Below are positions 1 through 9,996 of a stretch of DNA of 21,017 bases, in pieces. Origin of the DNA: Octopus sinensis. Its lineage: Eukaryota. The notes beneath the pieces were generated by a model. It saw nothing but the letters and a program-made list of their open reading frames with translations, was not told the DNA's origin and ran no database searches. The stretch covers positions 1 through 21,017 of the forward strand of contig NW_021823854.1 in assembly GCF_006345805.1 (NCBI RefSeq), in the 5' to 3' direction. A program made the translations under genes and the position numbers. Position 1 is the first letter of the stretch. Each line of letters opens with the position of its first letter.

Positions 1-46
<46 letters not shown>

Positions 47-52
47 ACGATG

Positions 53-84
<32 letters not shown>

Positions 85-136
85 GATGACGATGATGATG
101 ATGACGATGATGATGCCGATGATGATGATGATGATG
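1..136. repeat. Compound (GAC)n/(GAT)n trinucleotide tract
   Basis: 13 perfect GAC units (1-39), then GAT/GAC units with rare GGT, GCC, GAG, AAC interruptions; runs off the window start. Confidence 0.97.
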
Positions 137-413
137 GTATAGGTGCTGGTGGTCGTTTACATGAGTACAGTGCACGAGTTACTGGAACAATAAGACTTTC
201 AGAAAGACGGGGAGCAAGGTGAGAATTGAAACCACCTTGTTGGACGAATAGAATGGTTGGTGTGAAGCGGGGCTGGAAGGGAATGGGTGGTGTTGAAGAC
301 TGGATGGCTTGTGTTGGTGGTTGCGTAGTTGCATTCGTGGTATAGTTAGTGTTAGTGGTGTGTGGAGGGGGGGCTGTTAGATTTCTCGAGATTAAACCAG
401 TGTGGTGGTGATA
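3..413 (-). CDS. Candidate coding segment, Pro/Thr/Ser-rich, ending in poly-Ser (open to window edge)
   Basis: Minus frame open for 137 codons after TGA at 414-416: YHHHTGLISRNLTAPPPHTTNTNYTTNATTQPPTQAIQSSTPPIPFQPRFTPTILFVQQGGFNSHLAPRLSESLIVPVTRALYSCKRPPAPIPSSSS... No start codon or clear acceptor, no recognised homology; a plus-strand poly-Asp reading (stop 220-222) competes with it. Confidence 0.25.
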
Positions 414-629
414 TCAGTGGTATTGTTGACATTGCTGGTGGTGGGGTCGGCAGCGCTGGTGGTTGTGCGGTGATGTTGATGTGACGATATAACTAATATA
501 TTATCCAGCTGTGGGTTGTGGAATATCGTGACCTACCATACAGATTTTCAAGATTAAATCTCAGTATCCAAATAAATAGGTGAGATCGAAGAATATTAAA
601 ATAATGAACTCGATTGCTGTTTGGGTGTA

Positions 630-664
630 TGGTATATATGGTTTGGTGGTATATATATATTATG

Positions 665-754
<90 letters not shown>

Positions 755-1182
755 TAGGTGTGTGTGTGTCTATGTATGTATATACCTATGCGTGTATATT
801 CTTGTATGAGAGTCTCTGTGTGTGTGTGTGTGTGTGTATATCATATGGTTTGGTTGTATATATATATATATGTGTGTCCATATGTATATATGTATAGGTG
901 TGTGCGTCTATGTATGTATATACATATGCGTGTATATGTTTGTATGAAGTGTGTGTGTGTATGTATGACTATGTGACTGCATGTGTGTGAATGTATGTCT
1001 GTGTATGCGCGCGTGTGTATACGTCTATATGTGTGTGTGTGTGTAAGTTACGGAGTCTGTAATAGAAATATTAATGTGTCCAGGTACTGCACTAAAACAT
1101 TCACCTTTGATCATTGTCATACACACACACACATACATACATACATACAAATATACATATATACATACCTATCTGTCTGTCT

Positions 1183-1216
<34 letters not shown>

Positions 1217-1220
1217 CCGT

Positions 1221-1318
<98 letters not shown>

Positions 1319-1712
1319 CTCTATGATCTATCAATCTCTGTGTGTGTATATGTGTGTATGTGTCTAGCTGTTCACCAGTCTGTCTGTCCGCTCGTCTGTC
1401 TGTCTGTGTCTGTTTGTCTGTCTGTCTGTCTATCTTCACAAAACATACATATATACATAATGTATATGTACTCGTAAATATTCATATTGCATATACAAAA
1501 TACACACACATATATATATACGTATACATACATACATACTACATACATATGCATATACATATATATACATATATAATATGTATATATACATACATATATA
1601 CATATAACATATATATATATGTATGTATATATATATATATATTATATATATATATATATATTATATTTATATATATACATACATATATATACACATATAC
1701 ATACCTATATAT
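630..1712. repeat. Microsatellite mosaic: (TA)n, (TG)n, (TCTG)n/(TCCG)n/(TCTA)n, (TACA)n
   Basis: Direct reading; e.g. (TA)n ~650-740, compound TCTG/TCTA block ~1171-1310, TA/TACA ~1440-1712. Confidence 0.97.
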
Positions 1713-2006
1713 ATAACAGACGAGTTAAATATAAGTTCACCATCAAAATTATTAGTTTTGATGCTCTGAGACCAAACGATAAAATATTTTCGCACAAAAA
1801 ATTGGTCTGTTCCACCAGGCTAAGAAGGCTGGGTCCATGATCATCAATGAGGATGAAAGTGACCCACGATCCCTGGGACTCTATGTTTCTGTTAGTAAGA
1901 AGGTATTCCTGACTCGAAAAGGAGAAGCCTGGCGTGCTTGCAATCGAGTATTTCAAAGCGAATAAAGCTGGCCTTTTTCCATGTTTTGTCTGGAAATCAT
2001 TCTTTC

Positions 2007-2054
2007 CAAGGAAGTTGAAACCCGGACAAGGAAGTTGAAACCTGGACAAGGAAG
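2007..2054. repeat. 20-bp tandem duplication (x2.4)
   Basis: CAAGGAAGTTGAAACCCGGA / CAAGGAAGTTGAAACCTGGA / CAAGGAAG. Confidence 0.95.
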
Positions 2055-2095
2055 AAGGAACTGCAGGTTCGCCTAAATGGTATGTACACCAGCTT

Positions 2096-2329
2096 GAGGC
2101 GGCGAGCTGGCACAATCCTTAGCACGCCGGGCGAAATGCTTAACTGTATTTCTTCTGCTGTTACGTTCTGAGTTCAAATTCCGCCGAGGTCGACTTTGCC
2201 TTTCATCCTTTCTAGGTCGATAAATTAAGTACCAGTTACGCACTGGGGTCGATGTAATCGACTTAATACCTATGTCTGTCCTTGTTTGTCCCCTCTATGT
2301 TTAGCCCATTTGAGGGTAGTAAAGAAATA
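2096..2329 (+). mobile_element. SINE family A (tRNA-derived), full length, tail type 1, 17-bp TSD
   Basis: Head GGCGAGCTGGCA (A box), GTTCTGAGTTCAAATTCC (B box), body GAGGTCGACTTTGCCTTTCATCC..AAGTACCAG..CTGGGGTCGAT, end AAAGAAATA; TSD GGTATGTACACC(A/G)GCTT at 2079-2095 and 2330-2346. Confidence 0.92.
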
Positions 2330-2757
2330 GGTATGTACACCGGCTTTCTTTCGAGGGGGTCAAAGCATTTTATAAACGAGCACAAAGCAAAAGAGGGAAA
2401 ATTCCGGATACATTCAGCTTGTCTCTGTTATTGTGGCTTAATCTTAAAGCAGGCTGTTCCTGGTTATTGATATCATGCTGACCACGAGGCCATCAGATGT
2501 AGGGGACGAAGATCACTCATTACTTTGATGTTATTGGCGGATATACGCGATGAGTGGGAGATAGAGATCATTCGTGCGGCGTGGTGGAATGCGTTACGGT
2601 TGCGGTCGGTTGAAGAAGAAATTATGAGGATTGCCTAATGGGGAGCTACTGTATGAGAAATAAAGAGATGAATGAAAAATGTGCGGGCTGAGATAATTGG
2701 GATTGATAGCATAACGTTTGGGAGAAAGGTGTCATGATGGAGTCAACTTCACTTGTC

Positions 2758-2880
2758 TTTATCAACCACTCAAAGAATGAAAAGCAGACTTTACCGTTGC
2801 AGGATTTGAACTCAGAACTTAAAGAGTCCTTAAAAAAATACGGCAAATTATTCTAATCAGTACACTACCTGTCCCCTGAA
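2758..2880 (-). mobile_element. Degenerate SINE family A fragment
   Basis: TTTATCAACCACTCAAAGAATGAAAAGCAGAC..GGATTTGAACTCAGAAC is the diverged reverse complement of the family A B box and body. Confidence 0.6.
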
Positions 2881-2959
2881 AATAATTGTTGAGCTTCGAG
2901 CCAATAGACCGGAACACAGTATGTTAGAAAAACAGCCAAATACTTATGAAATGTTAACA

Positions 2960-3135
2960 GGCACAGGCGTGGCTGTTTGGTAAGAATCTTACTTCCTAAC
3001 TACATGGGTCCGTGTTCAGTCCCACTTCGGCCCTTCGGCAAGTATCTTCTACTATAGCCCCGAGCCGCCTAAATCCTTGTGAGTGGATTTGGCAAACGGA
3101 AACTCAAAGAAGCTCCTCGCATGTGTGTGTGTGTG
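2960..3135 (+). mobile_element. SINE family B 5' half (head + core, ends in microsatellite)
   Basis: GGCGTGGCTGTTTGGTAAG..GTTCAGTCCCACT..GGCAAGTATCTTCTACTATAGCC..CCTTGTGAGTGGATTTGG..ACGGAAACT-AAAGAAGC then (TG)n; aligns with the copies at 9179-9320, 11861-12020 and 19516-19670. Confidence 0.87.
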
Positions 3136-3320
3136 TCTGTCTATCTATCTATTTATCGAGTTTTTTTTTCTTTTTCCTTTTATTTTCATCTTTTCCACTT
3201 TTTTTTTTGCTTTCCTCTTTCTTTCCATTTACGATCCCTTTTGATCGAAAACCAAAAGAAAAGCTCTACCTTCTAATTTGTCCCGTCTGTGTGCGGCCCT
3301 GTGTGGCTAATAAAGAAACA

Positions 3321-3423
<103 letters not shown>

Positions 3424-3479
3424 TTAGCAATCTATCGATGCATATAATGATTACACAAGCATCATTCGTATCCATTTAT

Positions 3480-3629
3480 ACGTATACACACACACACACA
3501 CACACATGTACATATACAGACACATATAAAGAGATGGGGAGGAGGGAGGTGTGTGCAAAAACTAATGATGCTTGCATAATCATCATAAGCATGTGTGATT
3601 ATATGCACAAATATTCGGACACACATACG

Positions 3630-3672
<43 letters not shown>

Positions 3673-4434
3673 GAACACACACAAATACACACACACACAC
3701 ACATTTATATAAATACCCATACAAGCATGCATATATACATATATGTGTGGTGTGCGTGTTTGCGTGCGTTCATTCTTATTGCATGTGTGCATGTGTATGT
3801 GCATATGTATGTGTGTGTGTGTGCAGCAAACGAAATTATTATTATTATGCCGGTAAGAATGAGAACCTCAGACGAACCGAAACCGTAAGCAGACAATTTG
3901 ACGCCTGGAGCTGGTTCGTTCTTTAAGTAGTCGTCACACGTGATCAAACTTCGGATTTACTGTTACCCACACCCCCAACCCTACACCCCAACCATACAAC
4001 CACCGATGCCTCCCCACCAACCACCCTCTTCCCTCTAAATAACATACTATAATCGCCTTTTTGTTTGTATCTCAACATTATGCTGCACAAACACATTGGG
4101 TTGTGTATGTATGTGTATACATGTATGGATGAATGAATGAATGAGTGTTCGTGAGCGCGTGTGTGCATGTAAATATATATAATAGAGACAAAGTGTACGT
4201 ACGCCGCTATATATATATATATAATATATATATATATTATATGTATATAAAAAATACAGTTCTTGTCCCATTTTGTATATATATATATCTATATATATAT
4301 ATATACTATATATATATATATATATTATATATATATATATATATCATACGAAGAGAGATAGAGTAATATATATATATATATATATATGCATAGTTATATT
4401 GTATTGTATATATATATTATACAATATTATATAT

Positions 4435-4478
<44 letters not shown>

Positions 4479-4600
4479 GTACTATGTATATATGTGTGTA
4501 TAGATATATATATAGAGAGAAGACATACTCGCACACACACACACACACACACCACATATGTAGATACAAACATATGTGTATGTGTATGAATATTATTGTT
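3480..4600. repeat. Microsatellite mosaic (CA)n/(TG)n/(TA)n with short unique islands
   Basis: CA/TG 3480-3825, TA-rich 4205-4515, CA 4530-4552; non-repeat island about 3826-4090. Confidence 0.9.
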
Positions 4601-5131
4601 ACTGTATGCGTATATACATATCAAGACCAGAGTGGAGAAAGCTGATTCGAACATTACAAATCGATGCCATCACTGAAAGTAAAAATTTGTAAAACTTTGC
4701 AAAAGTCTATCATTTAACTATTTATGAACATGCCTAGACATGCAACTATATGCATGAGAATGCTTATATAAAGCAAGGCATACTAATCTGCACATGCACC
4801 GACCCCCAATACTGCACATATACACACATATGTGTAGAATGCCCTGTTGATCATGGTGGAATTCCATTAGAAAATTCCGTTAGAAAACGGCCATTTCTCT
4901 ATTGGCTAGAAATAACGAAATAAAATAGAATAATGACATACATACGTACGCACACGCACACACGTATATATATATATGTATAATATATATATATTATATA
5001 GATATATATATGATATTATATATATATGATTTATATATATATATCTGATGATTGATTGCATTGATTGATCTAGTTTCAGCCTGGTGGCCATGCTGGGGCA
5101 CCGCCATTTGGTGTTGCTACTTGGTTTCACT

Positions 5132-8120
5132 TCATGGAGGCTTTCTAGCAACTGCTATTTGGTGCATGAGAGAGTTCGATGCAGCTGCCCTCATCTGCCC
5201 CTCCTGTCGTGAAGTTGGTTCATCTGGGACACCTGACAGGAAGAGATCCAGCTTCATTTTAAAGACATCTGTATCCACCCCATGCAGGTCTCTCAGGTTC
5301 TTCGGGAGGATATTGAAGAGCTGTGGGCCTCGGAAGCCCAGGCTATCACAGAATCTTGTCCTACATCTTGATGGCAGGTTTGGAGTCCTAGGCACCACGC
5401 AGTGGCGCCCAGTTCTGGCATTTGCGTAACTCTCGATGCCAAAGTTCAGGACACTTCCCTCCAGGATCTTCCAGATGTATATATGGCATATCTTTCCCGC
5501 CTACGCTCCAGAGAATATAATTTTAATCTCTTGAGTCTTTCCCAGTAGCTTACATTCTGCATAGAGGCTATCTTCTTTGTGTAGCTTCGTTGGATCGCCT
5601 CAAGTTCTGTGATCAACTTGACACTGGATGGTGACCATAGCTGAGAGCAATAGTCAAAGTGGCTTAGGACAAGTGTCTTCCAGAGGACCATCATGGTTTT
5701 TTGTTCTCTTGTTCTAAAGGTTCTAAGAATCCATCCAGCCAGCCGTCTACATTTCATTGTCAGTTTAGCAACATGTACATGAAAGGTCGCGTCATCACTC
5801 ATGTGAATACCCAGGTCACGCACTGATTGTGCCTCTGGGATTGCAATCCCTCCGGGTCCAGTGTATTCATTGGGTATTGCATTCAGTTTGCATGCTGATA
5901 GTATAAAGCTTGAAACTTTCCAGCATTGAACTGCATGCTATTCTTTTCAGCCCACTTGTATATTTCGTCCAGCTCACATTGCAGGTGTTTAGTGTCCTCA
6001 GGGTTCTGTATTGCCTGTGAAACTTTGTATCATCTGCATAACTTGTGATCGTGGCTCTCTGCGTGGCTGAGGGCATGTCTGAGAGGGCCATTATGAACAG
6101 TAGTGGTCCCAGAACAGTGCCCTGCGGAACACCGCTCACTATTTGTGTGTTAATGGAGGTGGCCCCATTGGCTACTACCACCTGACTTCTATCCTTCAGA
6201 AAGTCATGAAGCCATTCTCCCAGTTTTCCAACTATGTTGAGATCACGCAGTTTGTGACATATCATTCCATGATCGACTTTATCAAAGGCCTTTGCAAAGT
6301 CGAGATATATCACTTCCACATTTGAGTGGTTGAGCAGCCGTTTCAGCACCAGTCATAGTGTTGTAGGAGCTAGAGTAAACAGCTTCTCCCTGGTCGGAAA
6401 CCATGTTGGGTGTCGGGCAGCAAGTCATTCTCTTCAAGGAAGGTGATCAGCTTCCTTCTGACTATTCGTTCCATGACCTTGCTGATGTGTGAGGTCAGAG
6501 AGATAGGTCTATAGTTCTTGGCTTCCGCTCTGCTACCTCCTTTATGAATGGGGCATATTTTACCTTCCTTCAGTTTTCCTGGAAGTTTGCCAGCTGCAAG
6601 GAAGCTCTGAAAGAGGAACTGCAGTGGTCTTGCTAGGACTCTCTTACATGCTTTTAGGAGGATTGCCGGGAATCCATCGGGGCCAGTAGCTGAGTCTGTT
6701 TTCATTTCATCTATAGCTATGGTTACATCGTCTTCCTTTATATCGATGTAATCTATCGTCGCCGCCTCTGATTTTATATCTGCAGTGGTAAAAAAGTCAG
6801 TTGGATTGGTGATTTGGAGATGCCCAAGGGGTGGAGTGAAAACACCTTTGAATTGCTCATTCAGTATTTCACTTACCCTCATTGGTTTTCCTGTAAGTGT
6901 GCCATCCTTTTCGAGGAGTGGCCCTATTCTACAGTGCACTGTAGCTGTTTCTTTGGCATACCTGTAGAAAGCTCTGGGGTTAGATTTTATGTTTTCTATA
7001 GCCCAGGCTTCTTTGTCTGCTCTTTCTTTTTCATGGGAGAGTTGCAGACATTTTTCGATTTCCAACAGTTTTATTTTAGGCGGGACTTTTCACTGCTTTC
7101 AATCTGTTTGTTTAGGCGATTTGAAAATTTCGTACGCCGTCTCATTAAAATTTTCCTCTCTCTGGGGATTTTGTTCTTGTGTACAGTGGCCTTCTCTCTG
7201 GGACACATTTGTAGCATATGGCTTGCATTACAGACATGAATTGTTGAAGTTTCACGTCGATGTCTGGCGAGGAGAGACATTTAGGCCAGTTTTGTTTGAG
7301 GATCTCTTTCTCAATTTGTTTCCAGTTTGCCTTATGGTAGTTCAAGCTGGAAAGATTTGAGGGTTTCTTGTAGGCTGCATGTCCGTGCTCTCTTTTGGCC
7401 CGTACATGGTCAGCTCTATCATGTTGTGATCCGAGAGTAGTGTCGGTGTCACTTTCACATTATGGATGAGATCCATGTCATTTGTGAAGCAGAGATCCAG
7501 TGTGTTACCTGCCCTGGTTGGTTGGAGTATTACCTGCTCCATGTACAGGGTGTTGATGAGGTTCAGGAGGGACCTCGCCTGTCCTCGTTCACATCTTGTC
7601 ATTCCTGGGAGAGAAAGGCCCTCGGGCCATCTGACATTGGGCAGATTGAAGTCTCCCATAAGAAGCACACCTGTGTTGTTCTAATGTGGTTAGAATTTCT
7701 TCTATTTTTTATAAGGCAGTCTTCAAACTTGCCCACATGGCTTGGGGCATCTGGAGGGCGATATGTAGCACACACAACTACATCAAGTTGCCTAATATGT
7801 ACAATTAGTGTGTCACACACCGAGTTTGAGTATGACAAGAGGACCTGGGGTGTAAGGTCCTCACGGAGGTACATAGCAACACCTCCATGACTCCTTTCTT
7901 TCCTGTCGGTCCGTAGTACAGCATACTGTGGTATGTGTAACTCCGCATCTGCTATGTCCGGTTTCAGGTGCGTTTCTGTAAGTGCTATGCATAAGGCTTG
8001 ATTGCATGCAACAAAGTCTCTCAGGAACGGGATCTTTGTCCTGTTACTGAGTGTTTGCAGTCCTCTGATGTTCAGTAGGAGTATCGAGGTGAGGTGTACG
8101 TTGTTGCCGGCGGTGTCCAT
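5132..8120 (-). pseudogene. LINE ORF2: APE endonuclease + reverse transcriptase, frameshifted in this sequence
   Basis: ATG 8120 (MDTAGNN); EN motifs LLNIRGL, ALTETHL, RTDR-HGGVAMY, YRPP, MGDFN, PTR-NTLDL, SDH; RT motifs ATGPDG, PIHKGG-NYRPISLTS, QHGFRPGRSC, YLDFAKAFDKVDH, GVPQGTVLGP, YADD, RDLG, LEAIQR, YSLERRRER; C-terminus FLSGVPDEP..RAAASNSL; stop 5132-5134. About 999 codons after restoring 8 bases. Confidence 0.93.
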
Positions 8121-8760
8121 CCTGTGTCTGTTTGCTGTGGTGGTCTGGTATATAGTGGGTAGTCCCACCTGCGGGCTTGGGTTGATGAAGCCAGGTCAGC
8201 TGCTGTACAATCTTTTGTGCCATGCACAAAAAAGATTGTTGCTCAGCAGCTGCTCTTTCGACAACATCATGTTGGCTGTTTGTGGCGCGCACAACATCTG
8301 CGTACCTCCGCTTTGGGGCAGGTGGTGCGTGGTCCATCCCTTTTCTTTGTGTTGATGGTTTGTCCATCTGCCTCGTGTCTCTGTGGCAGGGTCCCCGATG
8401 TGCAAAGCGGCAGCCTGCACCTTCCTTTCCATGCCAGCAGGAACCTCTCAGGTAGAACATACACACCCGTGTGCGCTGTTTGGTTCCATCCTTTGCGGTT
8501 CCACTTCTATTTCTGGTTGTTTCACTCTTTGGTCCAGCTTGAGCTTTTTCTTTTCCTTTAGCTCTTCCAGTCCTTCTTTTAGTTCTTCTTCCTCCCTCTA
8601 CCTCTTCACCGGGTTCTCCGTCTCCATGGCCCTTGCTGCCGGTTGGAGAACTTGCACCTGGGTTCACTTCCCGGGCAGGTTTCTCATTCAAAACCTCCTC
8701 CCGGGCGTCCACCAGGTGGGGGTGACTTCTTTCATCGAGGTGGGGGTGACTTCTTTCATC
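8044..8760 (-). CDS. LINE ORF1-like protein, 5'-truncated, basic region plus CCCH zinc finger
   Basis: Frame open from 8778 to TAA 8044-8046 (the track start at 8712 is a GTG; 8760 is the first codon of the intact 24-bp units); C-x7-C-x8-C-x3-H (CMFYLRGSCWHGKEGAGCRFAH) at 8398-8463; position immediately 5' of and overlapping ORF2. Confidence 0.7.
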   Translation of the reverse strand, partial: DERSHPHLDERSHPHLVDAREEVLNEKPAREVNPGASSPTGSKGHGDGEPGEEVEGGRRTKRRTGRAKGKEKAQAGPKSETTRNRSGTAKDGTKQRTRVCMFYLRGSCWHGKEGAGCRFAHRGPCHRDTRQMDKPSTQRKGMDHAPPAPKRRYADVVRATNSQHDVVERAAAEQQSFLCMAQKIVQQLTWLHQPKPAGGTTHYIPDHHSKQTQDGHRRQQRTPHLDTPTEHQRTANTQ

Positions 8761-8784
8761 GGGTGGGAGTGATTTCTTTCATCG
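8714..8784. repeat. 24-bp tandem repeat x3 at the LINE 5' end
   Basis: AGGTGGGGGTGACTTCTTTCATCG x2 (8714-8761) plus a 23-bp variant GGTGGGAGTGATTTCTTTCATCG (8762-8784). Confidence 0.95.
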
Positions 8785-8880
8785 TATATATACGTATATA
8801 TATATATATATTCAAATACATGAATACATGTATAAATGAATGCTTTCATATACTTACATACACAAATATATGTACTCTTT

Positions 8881-9131
8881 TACTCTTTTACTTGTTTCAG
8901 TCATGTGGCTGCGGCCATGCTGGAGAACCGCCTTTAGTCGAGCAAATCGCTCCCAGGACTTATCATTTGTAAGCCTAGTACTTATTCTATCGGTCTTTTT
9001 TGCCGAACCGCTAATTTACGGGGACGTAAACACACCAACATCGGTTGTCAAGCCATGTTGGGGGACAAAACACAGACACATAAACCATACACGCACACAC
9101 AACACACACACACACAACACACACACACACA

Positions 9132-9179
<48 letters not shown>

Positions 9180-9320
9180 TACGACGGGCTTCTTTCAGTT
9201 TCCGTCTACCAAATCCACGCACAAGGCTTTGGTCGGCCCGAGACTATAGTAGAAGAAACTTGCTCAAGGCGCCACGCAGTGGGACTGAACCCAGAACCAT
9301 GTGGTTCGTAAGCAAGCCAC
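8881..9320 (-). mobile_element. SINE family B, near full length, with internal (TA)n(TG)n
   Basis: Head and core at 9179-9320, microsatellite about 9085-9178, tail 8881-9080 ending GGCGGTTCTCCAGCATGGCCGCAG..CTGAAACAAGTAAAAGAG on the minus strand. Confidence 0.92.
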
Positions 9321-9365
9321 TCCTATATGCATATATAAATACAAACACTCATTCTCTCTCTTTCC

Positions 9366-9412
<47 letters not shown>

Positions 9413-9962
9413 TATATATAAAGATAGACAGATAGATAGATAGATAGATAGATAGATGAGAATCTGTATGCTTATATACACGTATATCACAAATATGTGT
9501 CTGTGTATATATCCCCATTTTCATATACATACACGCATATAAATGAATATATGTGTATGTGTGCAATATATTCACATGCTTAAACATATATTTATACATT
9601 TGTATATCAACGCACTGTTGAGTATACCACGTGTGTGTGTGTGTGTGTGTGTGTGTTGTGTACGCGCGTGCGATGTGTTATACGTTGGTGTGTATATATT
9701 TATACATTTTGAGATATTATACATGATTAAGCGGCAACTTGTTAAAATTCTTTAAACATAATTCCATAGGTACACGCTGTCATACTCGTGCATACAGGTA
9801 TTCAAGCATACATGCGTGCAAACGCACATACGCGAATACATACATGCACACGCCTAAGTATGTACCTATACACACATAAACATGCCTTCCTAAGTACAAA
9901 TATACTTATATACGCGTGCGCGCGCGCACACACACACACTCTGTCTTTCTCACAAACATATC

Positions 9963-9996
<34 letters not shown>

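Larger units (their letters stand above)
1783..2620 (+). mobile_element. Decayed RTE-type LINE 3' fragment (RT C-terminal region), split by a SINE
   Basis: Manual translation across frame changes: AQKIGLFHQAKKAGSMIINE..SLGLYVSVSKKVFLTRKGEAWRACN (1783-1962), IKLAFF, EIILSKEVETWTRKKELQVRLNGMYT (to 2090); after the SINE GMYTGFL..EHKAKE..GY*YHADHEAI..RGRRSL, ending in GAAGAAGAA (2612-2620). Matches the RTE motif order as I recall it (KIGL-NAKKT, YLGS-RK-AW-ACN, ESILLYGSETWT-RLDG-YT, GHCYRA, RGR). Confidence 0.7.
5047..8784 (-). mobile_element. CR1/L2-group non-LTR retrotransposon, 5'-truncated, in (TA)n-rich DNA
   Basis: ORF1-like and ORF2 (EN+RT) in standard order; 3' UTR with stem-loop GGCGGTGC-CCCA-GCATGGCC (5086-5105) and an (ATCA)n-like terminus (about 5047-5070); both flanks are TA runs. 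Exact clade not resolvable without a tree. Confidence 0.95.

Noticed and set aside
758-1716. Many overlapping ORFs of C/V/Y/I/M/H/T or LS/YL repeats (also 3012-4654, 9396-11592, 18661-19163, 20549-20974)
   Set aside because: Translations of dinucleotide and tetranucleotide microsatellites, which lack stops by composition; no splice or homology support.
2096-2185. tRNA gene calls for SINE heads with A and B boxes
   Set aside because: No complete cloverleaf; each head continues into a shared SINE body and tail.
3827-3890. Possible micro-exon TGCAG|CAAACG..GCCG|GTAAGA and a second donor-like CC|GTAAGC
   Set aside because: The acceptor lies in a TG repeat without a pyrimidine tract, the body is an (ATT)n run, and nothing links it to the other candidates.
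3966-3989. G-quadruplex motif on the minus strand (four G3+ runs)
   Set aside because: Present, but expected by chance in this C/A-rich low-complexity patch; no functional context.
5030-5046. Target-site duplication for the large LINE
   Set aside because: Both flanks are (TA)n, so any TATATATA match is uninformative.
6785-8772. Plus-strand ORFs antisense to the LINE (e.g. 6814-7239, 7462-7890, 8383-8772)
   Set aside because: Shadow frames of a coding element; no motifs.
8714-8784. CRISPR-like reading of the 24-bp repeats (also 12386-12584)
   Set aside because: Units are directly adjacent with no unique spacers, no cas genes, and the DNA is eukaryotic.
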